This document shows, piece after piece, positions 48,030 through 59,400 of a stretch of 64,000 nucleotides of DNA. Position 1 is the stretch's first letter. Each line of letters opens with the position of its first letter. The stretch spans positions 85,780,976 to 85,844,975 of the forward strand of contig NC_068981.1 of NCBI RefSeq assembly GCF_001194135.2, read 5' to 3'. The stretch comes from Octopus bimaculoides (taxonomy: Eukaryota). The notes beneath the pieces are model-generated. The model ran no database searches and was not told the origin of the DNA. It worked only from the letters and a program-made list of their open reading frames with translations. A program made the translations under genes and the position numbers.

Positions 48030-50266
48030 TGTAACGGTTAGTTCTTCGTTGCAGTCGAGGGTCACCAATTGTAATGGTTGTTGTTAAGGTGTTTGTTGCC
48101 AGTATGCAAGATGGAAGAAGAACAGTGATTGAAGTGTTAAAGAGATATTTATTTACTGTTACTTTGTATATATCCAAAACCACGACGGGTTGGTATGTAT
48201 AACTAGTAAATGGAAAAGCATGCGAAGTAAAAAGAATTAATTTCGGCCGGTATGTGTGTACACGATCTCATAGTAGTATATATAGAGAGATATGGTAATG
48301 CTACAGAGAAAAGAAAGTGAGTTAGTGAACGTGAGAGTGGTGTGACGAAACAACTGCTTCGTTAGTGAGTTACCATAGTTGCCCCTTAGTGCCTTTTCCT
48401 TAGAGACGGCGTTTTGTTCAGCCGATCAGCCAGACTCGGTTCTCACTAACTGACTTTGGCTTGCGGAGTTCTTGTTTTTATAACTATCCAAGACCAGCCA
48501 GAAGGACATACATATTGCTGAGAACAATAGATATCGTTGGCTGTCTGTTATCTCTATTCTAGCTTTTGGTGGCCTAGAAGAGGTTAGAAGGGTCAAGTGG
48601 CAAAGACATTATTCTGCTTAGCAATGGCATATGGCAAATGTAACTGCTGTCACTCACAGAAAACTATTGTTTTGCCGTGAGAAAAGTGCTGTTGAATTGT
48701 TAAGTGAAATTTGGCTATCTAGGATCGAATCCACGCCATGCCTGCATGAACCACTACATCACTCCTCCTCAAGAGAGGTTCCAGGAAAAGGAAACGAACG
48801 GTTGAGGAAGCGAAAGAAATGCATGGCTAAGGAAAAATTTTGCATATCAGGAGAGAGGTTCATTGAAGTGTATGCGGGACAATTTTCTATTCGGATAGGT
48901 CAGAATAGCAGTGTCTTTTTGCGTGCCAAAATGTGCAGTCAGTAACTGGGTAACACAGAAAATGAGTTAGCGCGTGAGGGCGTATACACGAGTGCAGGTG
49001 CACGTATCAAAATTCGCTGTAAAATAAGTTCAGGTGAGCGAGTGAGTGTATTCTCAATTCACGATATGGAAGATCTTCCTGCAGGATTGCAGTGTGTGAA
49101 ATGCTTTGAAGGTTTTTCAGAAGTGAAATGTGTCTGGCGCTGTTGTCGTGGTTAATTAGAAGTTAATGATGTAGCTGTCGAAATGATGCATTTATTGGCT
49201 TCCATGGTGAGCGAATTCTTTGTGCGTCAGCAGTGTTGCATTCTTGTGAAGTGCATCGCAATGTGGATCGCAGTATAGCGCTTTCTGTAGCAGGTCGAAC
49301 GAGTTTGCATCTTGGTGGTGACGAAGGTTGGCGTTCTTTTCCTCTGGTTTAACGACTGTTGATATGAAGACTGTAGTTCTTTAGTCAGCAAAATACAGCG
49401 GCATGTAGCATTAAGAAAGTAGCAACCGTTTTTAGATGGGATCACCAGTGTAATCGATGGATGTGACAACTGTTCATGCGAAGGTAAAGGTGAAGGCGAA
49501 GGTGAAGGCTGCAATTCTTTAATTCGGGGTCACCAATTGGAACGGTTGAGATTTATTGCAACGGCATATTGTAAGATGTGAAAAATGAAAGAACAGTGAT
49601 TGCAGTTGTAAAGAGATATTTATTTAACGTTACTTTGTATAATGCCTTGCCTCGACGGACAGGTGTGTATCATATAAAAACAATAGAGTTATCTTTTCTT
49701 GTAGGTTGTTGCTGTTTATGTTTGGTCAACTGCTAGCTGCCTAACAGGGAATTAGAGGAAGATAGTGCGAATGTTAAATGTAGGAAGTCGATAAAATGAT
49801 GCCTTCATGGTGCCTGGCATTTAAACAGCTGTGGTGTTGTGATAAGACACTAATATCATAGTTGATATCCTCACTATAAGCCTTCTCTCAGTTGAATTAA
49901 TCTCACTAACTGGACTTTTGTCGATGGTCGCCTCTACGTCATCTCTTTTTTGCCAACTAACTTTTTCCTACGGTGTTTTAGTATTTATAATTTTCCAAAC
50001 TAGTTAGAAGGAGTGACATATTTGCTGAGAACAATAAATTTCGTTAGCTGTCTGTTATCTCTATTCTAGCTTTTGGTAGCCTAGAAGAGGTTAGAAGGGT
50101 CAAGTGACAAAGACATTATTCTGCTTAGCGATGGCATCTGGCAAATGTAACTGCTGTCACTCACAGAAAAACTATTGTTTTATCGTGAGAGAAGTGCTGC
50201 TGAAGTGTTAAGTGAAATTTGGCTATCGAGGATCGAATCCATGCCATGCCTGCATGAATCACTACA
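48030..50266 (-). mobile_element. Composite Gypsy-like structure: LTR(50266-49538)-PBS-internal remnant-PPT-LTR(48758-48070)-PBS-LTR end
   Basis: Both LTRs start TGTAGTG on the - strand and end in CA, and each is followed by atTGGTGACCC. Purine tract gaggaggagtga precedes 48758. LTR ends align but the middles do not. Outer flanks cata / tata. Confidence 0.8.
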
Positions 50267-50392
50267 TATATATATCTTGAGAAGCAACTGTTCACAAAAC
50301 TAGAAATAACAACCCTGATCAGAAGATTAGAGTTTTTATTATCAAAGATACCGTCAAAATATGTAAAACATTCAAGAAGTTCAGCATATAAT

Positions 50393-50861
50393 AGTGGTTT
50401 CAAATTTTGCCACAAGGGCAGTAATTTAGGGGGCAGGGATGAGTCGATTACATCGACTCCGGTTTTCAACTGGTACTTATTTTATCGACCCTGAAAGGAT
50501 GAAAGGCAAAATCGCCCTCAGCGGAATTTGAACTCAGAACGTAGTGACGGGCGAAATACTGCTAAGCATTTCGCTGGCATCCTAACGATTTTGCCAGCTC
50601 ACCGCCTTAGCTTAGCACATAATAATTATTTCTTTATTGCCCACAGGTGGGGCTAAACATAGAGAGGACAAGCAAGGACAGACAAATGGATTAAGTCGAT
50701 TACAACGACTCCACTGCGTAATTGGTACTTATTTAATCGACCTCGAAAGGATGAAAGGCAAAGTCGACCTCGGCGGAATTTGAACTCAGAACATAACGGC
50801 AAACGACATACCGCTAAGCATTTCGCCTGGCGTACAAACGTTTTTGCCAGCTCGCCGCCTT
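50393..50861 (-). mobile_element. Two tandem SINE family B copies (50393-50609, 50630-50861)
   Basis: Both end ...gccagctc(a/g)ccgccttag on the + strand and carry ggatgaaaggcaaa cores. Confidence 0.92.
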
Positions 50862-51237
50862 AGCTTAGTATATAATAATGCCTACATATGCAATGACATC
50901 TATGCTTGTGCCATGTGCACGCGCACATATATAATTATGCTCACATGCACACGTGTGCTCAGTTTACACCTGTCAAATTCCATTCACAAGATATTGGTCA
51001 ATCAGAGGCATGTGTAGAAATTGTTAACTACACAGTCATACCAGCACCTTTAAAGCATAAATATTTCATTAACCAAAACTGCCACTGATAAGGCATACAA
51101 TTTTTCCAGTCTGTTTTAACATTCTGGAATTCTTGAGTAACAAAATGTGATAGCATGACCACATATAGAACAATTATGAACGCTAATGTCTAACCTACCA
51201 ATTAGTACATCTCGTTTTTTTCCCATTTTTTTTTGTA

Positions 51238-51477
51238 CCTTTACTCTTTTACTCTTTTACGTGTTTCAGTCATTTGACTGCGGCCATGCTGGAGCACCGC
51301 TTTTAGTCGAGCGAATCGACCCCAGGACTTATTCTTTGTAAGCCTAGTACTTATTCTATCGGTCTCTTTTTTTGCCGAACCGCTAAGTTACGGGGACGTA
51401 AACACACCAGCATCGGTTGTCAAGCGATGTTGGGGGGACACAGACACAAACATATACACACACATACATATATATAT
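51238..51477 (-). mobile_element. SINE family A, 3' half, cut by a gap
   Basis: tttactctttttactc...cagtcatttgactgcggccatgctggagcaccgc...cggttgtcaagcgatg. Confidence 0.92.
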
Positions 51478-52346
51478 NNNNNNNNNNNNNNNNNNNNNNN
51501 NNNNNNNNNNNNNNNNNNNNNNNNNNNNNNNNNNNNNNNNNNNNNNNNNNNNNNNNNNNNNNNNNNNNNNNNNNNNNNNNNNNNNNNNNNNNNNNNNNNN
51601 NNNNNNNNNNNNNNNNNNNNNNNNNNNNNNNNNNNNNNNNNNNNNNNNNNNNNNNNNNNNNNNNNNNNNNNNNNNNNNNNNNNNNNNNNNNNNNNNNNNN
51701 NNNNNNNNNNNNNNNNNNNNNNNNNNNNNNNNNNNNNNNNNNNNNNNNNNNNNNNNNNNNNNNNNNNNNNNNNNNNNNNNNNNNNNNNNNNNNNNNNNNN
51801 NNNNNNNNNNNNNNNNNNNNNNNNNNNNNNNNNNNNNNNNNNNNNNNNNNNNNNNNNNNNNNNNNNNNNNNNNNNNNNNNNNNNNNNNNNNNNNNNNNNN
51901 NNNNNNNNNNNNNNNNNNNNNNNNNNNNNNNNNNNNNNNNNNNNNNNNNNNNNNNNNNNNNNNNNNNNNNNNNNNNNNNNNNNNNNNNNNNNNNNNNNNN
52001 NNNNNNNNNNNNNNNNNNNNNNNNNNNNNNNNNNNNNNNNNNNNNNNNNNNNNNNNNNNNNNNNNNNNNNNNNNNNNNNNNNNNNNNNNNNNNNNNNNNN
52101 NNNNNNNNNNNNNNNNNNNNNNNNNNNNNNNNNNNNNNNNNNNNNNNNNNNNNNNNNNNNNNNNNNNNNNNNNNNNNNNNNNNNNNNNNNNNNNNNNNNN
52201 NNNNNNNNNNNNNNNNNNNNNNNNNNNNNNNNNNNNNGGGGGGTCTAAATTTTCGAAATATTTCTATTGAGACGAAAGTATTTTATTTATTATCAACTAT
52301 TTTATGTAACGTAAGAATATTTATACATTTTAAAACTATTTTTCAG

Positions 52347-52439
52347 GCTGCTGTCGGTTCAGTCTATTCACCAATCTTGATTCCAGTCAGTTTTCTTCTT
52401 GCCAAGCTGCTGTTTCATTCGGTGCCAGATATAGAGTAG
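52347..52439 (+). CDS. Gene 2 candidate terminal exon: AAVGSVYSPILIPVSFLLAKLLFHSVPDIE* (GPI-signal-like)
   Basis: Acceptor aactatttttcag|; phase 0 gives a small-residue site followed by a hydrophobic stretch and a stop; AATAAA at 52474-52479. The other frames also give short open peptides. Confidence 0.6.
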   Translation, partial: AAVGSVYSPILIPVSFLLAKLLFHSVPDIE

Positions 52440-53820
52440 AACGCTTCCTGCCAAAAATTCCAATACATTTTGAAATAAATATTTCATAATTTTTCATTTT
52501 GTTTAGATTTCAATGCATGAATCAATATATGAACCGATATAGAAGAGTTTATAATATTACATGTTTAATATATGCTTGCGTATTATGAAAAATATTTTAA
52601 AGAAAATAATTGGCCTAATTATGTTATTTTATTATAACTTATTTTATGTTTATGGAAAGAGAAAACAATAGACTGAAAAGTAAATCAAACATCACAAACT
52701 GTTACAATACCGTGTGTTACTCAGTCAATATTTTCCAAATTCACTTAATCCGTTCTTGATTTTACTCAAGCAACCACAAACCCTGGGGTTAGAGTAATGC
52801 AATATGAACCTGCATGAGTGCATTGATATTGTTCATTTTACCAACGAAAAATTTTCGAAATTGCACCCATATCAGAGAAGTTTTGAAATCAGTTGCAGCT
52901 AGTTAACGACGTGTTCTTGAAAAAAAAAACAAAAAAAACTGGCACTCTGAGATGTCACTAACGATGCTCGTCCCAAAGAACAAGTTATTTCGGTGAAGCC
53001 TATTCCCCTTCAAACTATATTCAGAAGAAATTGATTTGGGCTCTGGAAGATAAACATTCATAAGTTATACAACGCTCTTGCTTTTATATTAGTATGCTGT
53101 TATCATGTTCTCCATATTAAGAAGAGAGGGTCGTAAGGAGTTAAGTGTCGTAGCTTGGAAGGAATGGAAAGCACGCAAAAACTACGTTCGGACTCTTGTA
53201 ATGGAAAACCAATACCCTGTGAACTCAACCAAAGGAAATTCTTGCTCACGATATTAGTATACTTTTTTTAGTAATCAATACATAGTATTGTTGATATATA
53301 TATATATATANNNNNNNNNNNNNNNNNNNNNNNNNNNNNNNNNNNNNNNNNNNNNNNNNNNNNNNNNNNNNNNNNNNNNNNNNNNNNNNNNNNNNNNNNN
53401 NNNNNNNNNNNNNNNNNNNNNNNNNNNNNNNNNNNNNNNNNNNNNNNNNNNNNNNNNNNNNNNNNNNNNNNNNNNNNNNNNNNNNNNNNNNNNNNNNNNN
53501 NNNNNNNNNNNNNNNNNNNNNNNNNNNNNNNNNNNNNNNNNNNNNNNNNNNNNNNNNNNNNNNNNNNNNNNNNNNNNNNNNNNNNNNNNNNNNNNNNNNN
53601 NNNNNNNNNNNNNNNNNNNNNNNNNNNNNNNNNNNNNNNNNNNNNNNNNNNNNNNNNNNNNNNNNNNNNNNNNNNNNNNNNNNNNNNNNNNNNNNNNNNN
53701 NNNNNNNNNNNNNNNNNNNNNNNNNNNNNNNNNNNNNNNNNNNNNNNNNNNNNNNNNNNNNNNNNNNNNNNNNNNNNNNNNNNNNNNNNNNNNNNNNNNN
53801 NNNNNNNNNNNNNNNNNNNN

Positions 53821-54150
53821 AGTATGGGCTCCTATCCAGGGTTACGGATAGGAGACTACCATCAAAGAAATCCGGAATGGAGCCCCGTAGGCGGTTTAGT
53901 GTTCGACTCGACACTCTTCCAGCAGCTCCTGCAACCAAGCTGGTGCCAAACGTAATGCTCTGCACTCCTTTGGACTACGTCAGCAAGGTCGAGAGAGGAA
54001 TCCTGACGATTGGGCTACCCAGGATTTTCTTACATCTAGCCCAGGTCTGCGCAAAACTGGAGAGGACATGAAATGTAAAAGCCAGACTGGATTAGTTTAT
54101 GCGCAACTCCATTGTCTCCCGAGACAAAAGGATGCCAACAACAACATACG
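53821..54150 (+). mobile_element. Probable RTE-type LINE 5' UTR fragment
   Basis: GC-rich block ccagcagctcctgcaaccaagctggtgccaaacgtaatgctctgcactcctttggactacgtcagc resembles RTE 5' leaders as I recall them; not verified. Confidence 0.4.
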
Positions 54151-54316
54151 TGGGAAATTCTGTCTGTGGGTGTGTTTGTAGAGTTGTTAGCTAACTCCTC
54201 CTACACCATTTTATCAATTTTGATGGAACTTAACACGTGAGTAGAACTCATGTCTAGAAACCTCATGGCATACTCAGATTGTTGAAAAAAATCGATAATT
54301 AAGCTCCTGGAAGGGA

Positions 54317-55057
54317 TCCTTATATATATCTAATATATTTCATCTTAACAGTCAAGGGAAAAACCCATTCACCCAGGTTTTAACAGCCAAGGGAAATAAC
54401 CCATTCATTTTCCTAAATCATTTGTTATAAATCAAATTGAGTATGCTTATTTCTTAGTATTTGAACTGTTAGAGTTATTTTCGCAATTTATCCAGTACAA
54501 TCCTTAAACAAGTAAATAGTATTTTCCTAAATAATAGATCCACTTATTTCGGTTAGTGACTTATTCACGAATATACCAATACTAGTGCCGCTGAGGGTAA
54601 TATTCTCTGGGAACGCACAAAAGCCCTTTTCACAGTTATTTACTTTGAATTGTTATTATCTCATTGCTGATTAGCCTGTTATTACGTAACATGCTTCACG
54701 ATTTTAGTATACATACCTTATTAGTATATCCTCTTATGTTCTATATACTCTGGGAACGCATTAAAGCCCTTTTCGGGGCTACCTTATTTGAATTCTTACT
54801 ATTGGGTAACTAATTTGATGTTATTACATAATTGACTTCACAGTTTTGGTATTCATAACTTATTGGGATTCATAACTTATTGGAATTCCTAAAAACAAGA
54901 TCCTGTGTAAGACAGTTCGGTATTCTCTGTAAATGCACAAAAACCGTTTTAAGGGCTATATACTTTGTATTGTTGTTATTGGATTAGCGAAGCAATTCTG
55001 AGAACGGAACCAAAGTATAAGCCCCGCTTTCCCGGGAATTACCGGGTACGTCAGCTA

Positions 55058-55058
<1 letters not shown>
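54317..55058 (+). mobile_element. Non-autonomous Helitron with three degenerate internal repeats
   Basis: 3' ccccgctttcccgggaattaccgggtacgtcagCTAG|T (55055-55058); putative 5' A|TCcttatatatatc at 54317. Units with tctgggaacgca..aaagccc-like text near 54601, 54747 and 54921. Confidence 0.7.
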
Positions 55059-55102
<44 letters not shown>

Positions 55103-56160
55103 CAAAACTAGTTCTGTTTTAACATTTTACATTTTCGAAATTCCAATAAATGAATGTTATTTCTTATTTTTATTTAGTTATCTATTTTTTGTTATGCACA
55201 TTTCAACAGTCGAGTGAACCGCGGTACCTTGTTGTTCCGCTAATTTGGGCTAACTACGACTGAGAAAAGTCTCCCATCTTTTTAATTGCTTGGTAATTCT
55301 TATGCTGCATACTTGTATAGCAAGTCCTTTTTAATGATTGATATTGTCATTCTCTATCATGTATTTTTAAATCATGTTTTCTGTCACTTTTTTTCCCACA
55401 CGAGAATAATTTTAACAATGTAGATTTATTAAAATATGTATTACGCCCAACACGACAATGATTTCTCTATTTCTATTTCTAAATAACATTTTGAATAAAA
55501 TTATAGATATGCTTTTCATGACAACGATGCTGTAACTGTAATTCAGAAAAGTCTACTGTTATTGTAGTTAACCTTCGCGATCGTGTTGTGAAATACTTAT
55601 GCGCATTACACACGTGCGCACGCACGCACACACGCACGCACACACACACACACACACACACACTTGAATTGGCAAAGATGACAAAGCGTCGGACAAAATG
55701 CCTCGCGAGATGTTTCGACTAGCTGTGCTCTTTTAAGTATTATCACGCTGGTGTAAAAGTTGCCTTTTTTATCCTTTCGAAGACGTAAGGGAAGAAGTAT
55801 CAATTGAAGGCGGTAGCTTGGTTGAACTGCACGAATGTTAGACAGAATGCTTCACCCGTATTTATTCCGATTCGCTGTGCTTCGAATTCAAATCCCGCTG
55901 GGGTGGTAGACTTAACCCATCGCTTGGGTTAATACCATTATCTAATGCCTTGGATGCCTTTGGAGAAATCCACTTCGATGCAACCATCTCAAACAGGCTT
56001 CCCATTTGAGAATATCTTCCTCCTTTCAGTTCTGGAGGCCCTGTAACTGGTTATGGGCACTGCATTTCCTGCTGACTAATGCATGTATTATGCATCCATG
56101 TACGCATGCATGCATCGATGTAAGCATGCATTCGTACATGGATGCATACATACATACATA

Positions 56161-56375
56161 TGTAGTGAAACTACCTCCCGCCATTAGATACAAACTACTA
56201 TTTCCATTACATACAATCTTCTCATTTAAATATAAATAAATGCGAGCGTAGTAGAGAACCCATTCCTTGTCATCACGTGACTGATCATTATTCGAATCGG
56301 CAACTTCTTCGAACCGTTCCCGCCAGAACGCAAACTGACCAATCACGGCCCCTAATAAGGTCACGTGATAGAGTA
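56161..56375 (+). mobile_element. Isolated 5' 215 bp of the LTR found at 57394
   Basis: Near-identical to 57394-57609; starts TGTAGTG. Confidence 0.85.
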
Positions 56376-56409
56376 TATTTCTACCATCTGGTGAGCCAAT
56401 AGTTTGTTA

Positions 56410-59400
56410 TAAATAGCTTTAAATGCCATTAATGCAAGCCCGGTAAAAGAAAATGGTCATCTTCTCTTGAGTAAATGCAAAGAAACAACCTTTATTGAAA
56501 AGATCATAGCAGTAATCAAATAGTAAAATATATACAACATGAAAAATTACTTTACATACACCATGGCGACGAAAGAACCCGGACTCAGCTATCGCAGATC
56601 GCAGAACTATTGAGAAAGACCCCAGTAGACTTTTGAACTGAACCAAAACATATACCAGTTCTACAGAAAGGCTAGAGAAGTTCCCTCGATAGGCTACATG
56701 AGATTTAAAGAATATTGGGATAAGAAATAATCAACACACTCAAATTTTTCATTAAAAACAATTACACCAGCAAACTACATTTTTTAAAAATATGTCATCT
56801 TACCAGAAAAATCACTCATTCAAAATGCACAAAAGATAATATTCGTACTAACAACACACTAAACATTTCCTGTGAAGGGTCTGCGAACGACAGCAATAAC
56901 ACAACAATAACAAATCACCACCACTACACAGACATGTGGCAAACAATCCTACAAAAACAAGTGAGAAATATAAAATTCTATGGAGCTTGCATCGAAGCTC
57001 ATGCAGAACTTTACTACTTCCATACATAAGGCGCTGCATAAGAGAACAGTACCGACACGAGTTGGGAAAAAACCCCACTGAACTGATGTTAACTGCGATC
57101 GACTAATTTACGAGCTATCGGACAACAAATGTCCTGCTATGTTGTGCCTCAGTAACTGTGCACCAACAGATGAGAGTAAAAGAGACCGATCCAAAGGATA
57201 ATACTGAGTCAAGTTGGATTACCACCCTTAAAAAAAAAGAAATCAATAGAACCAGGAAAATTATAAGACACTAACATCAAATGTAAATGAGTTCAAGAAT
57301 CGCCAGATACCACTGTATTATAGATTCTCCAAACTGTCCGGCAAGATCTACGGGCGGTAAGTGAAAAAACTTCGATATTGTAAAATATCACATTGTAGTG
57401 AAACTACCTCCCGCCATTAGATACAAACTACTATCGCCATTACATACAATCTTCTCATTTAAATATAAATAAATGCGAGCGTAGTAGAGAACCCATTCCT
57501 TGTCCATCACGTGACTGATCATTATTCGAATCGGCAACTTCTTCGAACCGTTCCCGCCAGAACGCAAACTGACCAATCACGGCCCCTAATAAGGTCACGT
57601 GATAGAGTAAAATTCTAAAGGCATTTGGAGCCCTCTTAACGCTATATATAGATCAACTCATACCCCACAAATTTGTCTCNNNNNNNNNNNNNNNNNNNNN
57701 NNNNNNNNNNNNNNNNNNNNNNNNNNNNNNNNNNNNNNNNNNNNNNNNNNNNNNNNNNNNNNNNNNNNNNNNNNNNNNNNNNNNNNNNNNNNNNNNNNNN
57801 NNNNNNNNNNNNNNNNNNNNNNNNNNNNNNNNNNNNNNNNNNNNNNNNNNNNNNNNNNNNNNNNNNNNNNNNNNNNNNNNNNNNNNNNNNNNNNNNNNNN
57901 NNNNNNNNNNNNNNNNNNNNNNNNNNNNNNNNNNNNNNNNNNNNNNNNNNNNNNNNNNNNNNNNNNNNNNNNNNNNNNNNNNNNNNNNNNNNNNNNNNNN
58001 NNNNNNNNNNNNNNNNNNNNNNNNNNNNNNNNNNNNNNNNNNNNNNNNNNNNNNNNNNNNNNNNNNNNNNNNNNNNNNNNNNNNNNNNNNNNNNNNNNNN
58101 NNNNNNNNNNNNNNNNNNNNNNNNNNNNNNNNNNNNNNNNNNNNNNNNNNNNNNNNNNNNNNNNNNNNNNNNNNNNNNNNNNNNNNNNNNNNNNNNNNNN
58201 NNNNNNNNNNNNNNNNNNNNNNNNNNNNNNNNNNNNNNNNNNNNNNNNNNNNNNNNNNNNNNNNNNNNNNNNNNNNNNNNNNNNNNNNNNNNNNNNNNNN
58301 NNNNNNNNNNNNNNNNNNNNNNNNNNNNNNNNNNNNNNNNNGTAAACACTCATACACACATGTATCACTCACATACACACTTTTCTTTGTATGACGGCCT
58401 GTCTTTGATTATGTTCTTATATGTCGCATTCACACTCACACACAGACATACATCTTTAACGCTACAATAAATATATCTGTTATTCATCTAATACGGTTGT
58501 GGTCTTTCATTACTGGTCATCTATGTTATCGTCGCATAACATATCATCTATATCATTATTTGATATATATTTGTATGTTCGACCGTGTGACACGTTTAAA
58601 TAAAAGGAGTCCTCTGTTCTTCCATTCGTCACCATATCTCCTTTTATGAGTTCGCACGGTCGTCCCTTACAACATGAACGAAAAAGATAAACTGTAAGTT
58701 TACCCAAAACCCACAAGTTGTATATCGCAGTAGGAAACGCGATACTATCAAGGTAGCAAATGCTCCTTCCTAGGAATATCTACAGTCATTCTGGCAGGGA
58801 ATCTAGAATATAAACAAAGAGCAGAATCACGATGCAGCCTCTCCAAAAACATAGAACATCACCAGTGATGTTACCTGGCGGTAATTACAAAATTGCAGAA
58901 TGGAAAATTACCTGATAGTATGCTACTGGTATAAAAAGCTCATGTTTTAGAAGGAAATTACGAAACAATGGATGCTGAGTTGGTTATACTAGATTGGCCG
59001 TCGGTTGCACGGACTACTCTTTCCCCCAAGAAAGAAAAGACCCTTGTGACCAAAACCTATAGGCCCATAGCATCATGTTTGAATGTTATGTACAAACTGT
59101 ACATAACACAATATGTTATGTTTCTCCAAGACCAGGGCCAAACAAATGGTGTGATAACTGATGAACGGGCAGAATCAAAGAAAGGAATCTGACACTGTTC
59201 TGAATAGCTCTTCCTCAACAAAGCTGTTCTTAAGGAAGCCAAGAAACAACGCCGTAGATCTCTTGACAATATGGCTAGACTACGAGGTGTTCGACTCTGT
59301 GCCTTACTCATGGATGATAGAATCCCAACACCTTGACAAAGTACCTGCTGCTCTAGTGAATGTCATTGAAAGACAGACCAGAACACACAATTATCACTGA

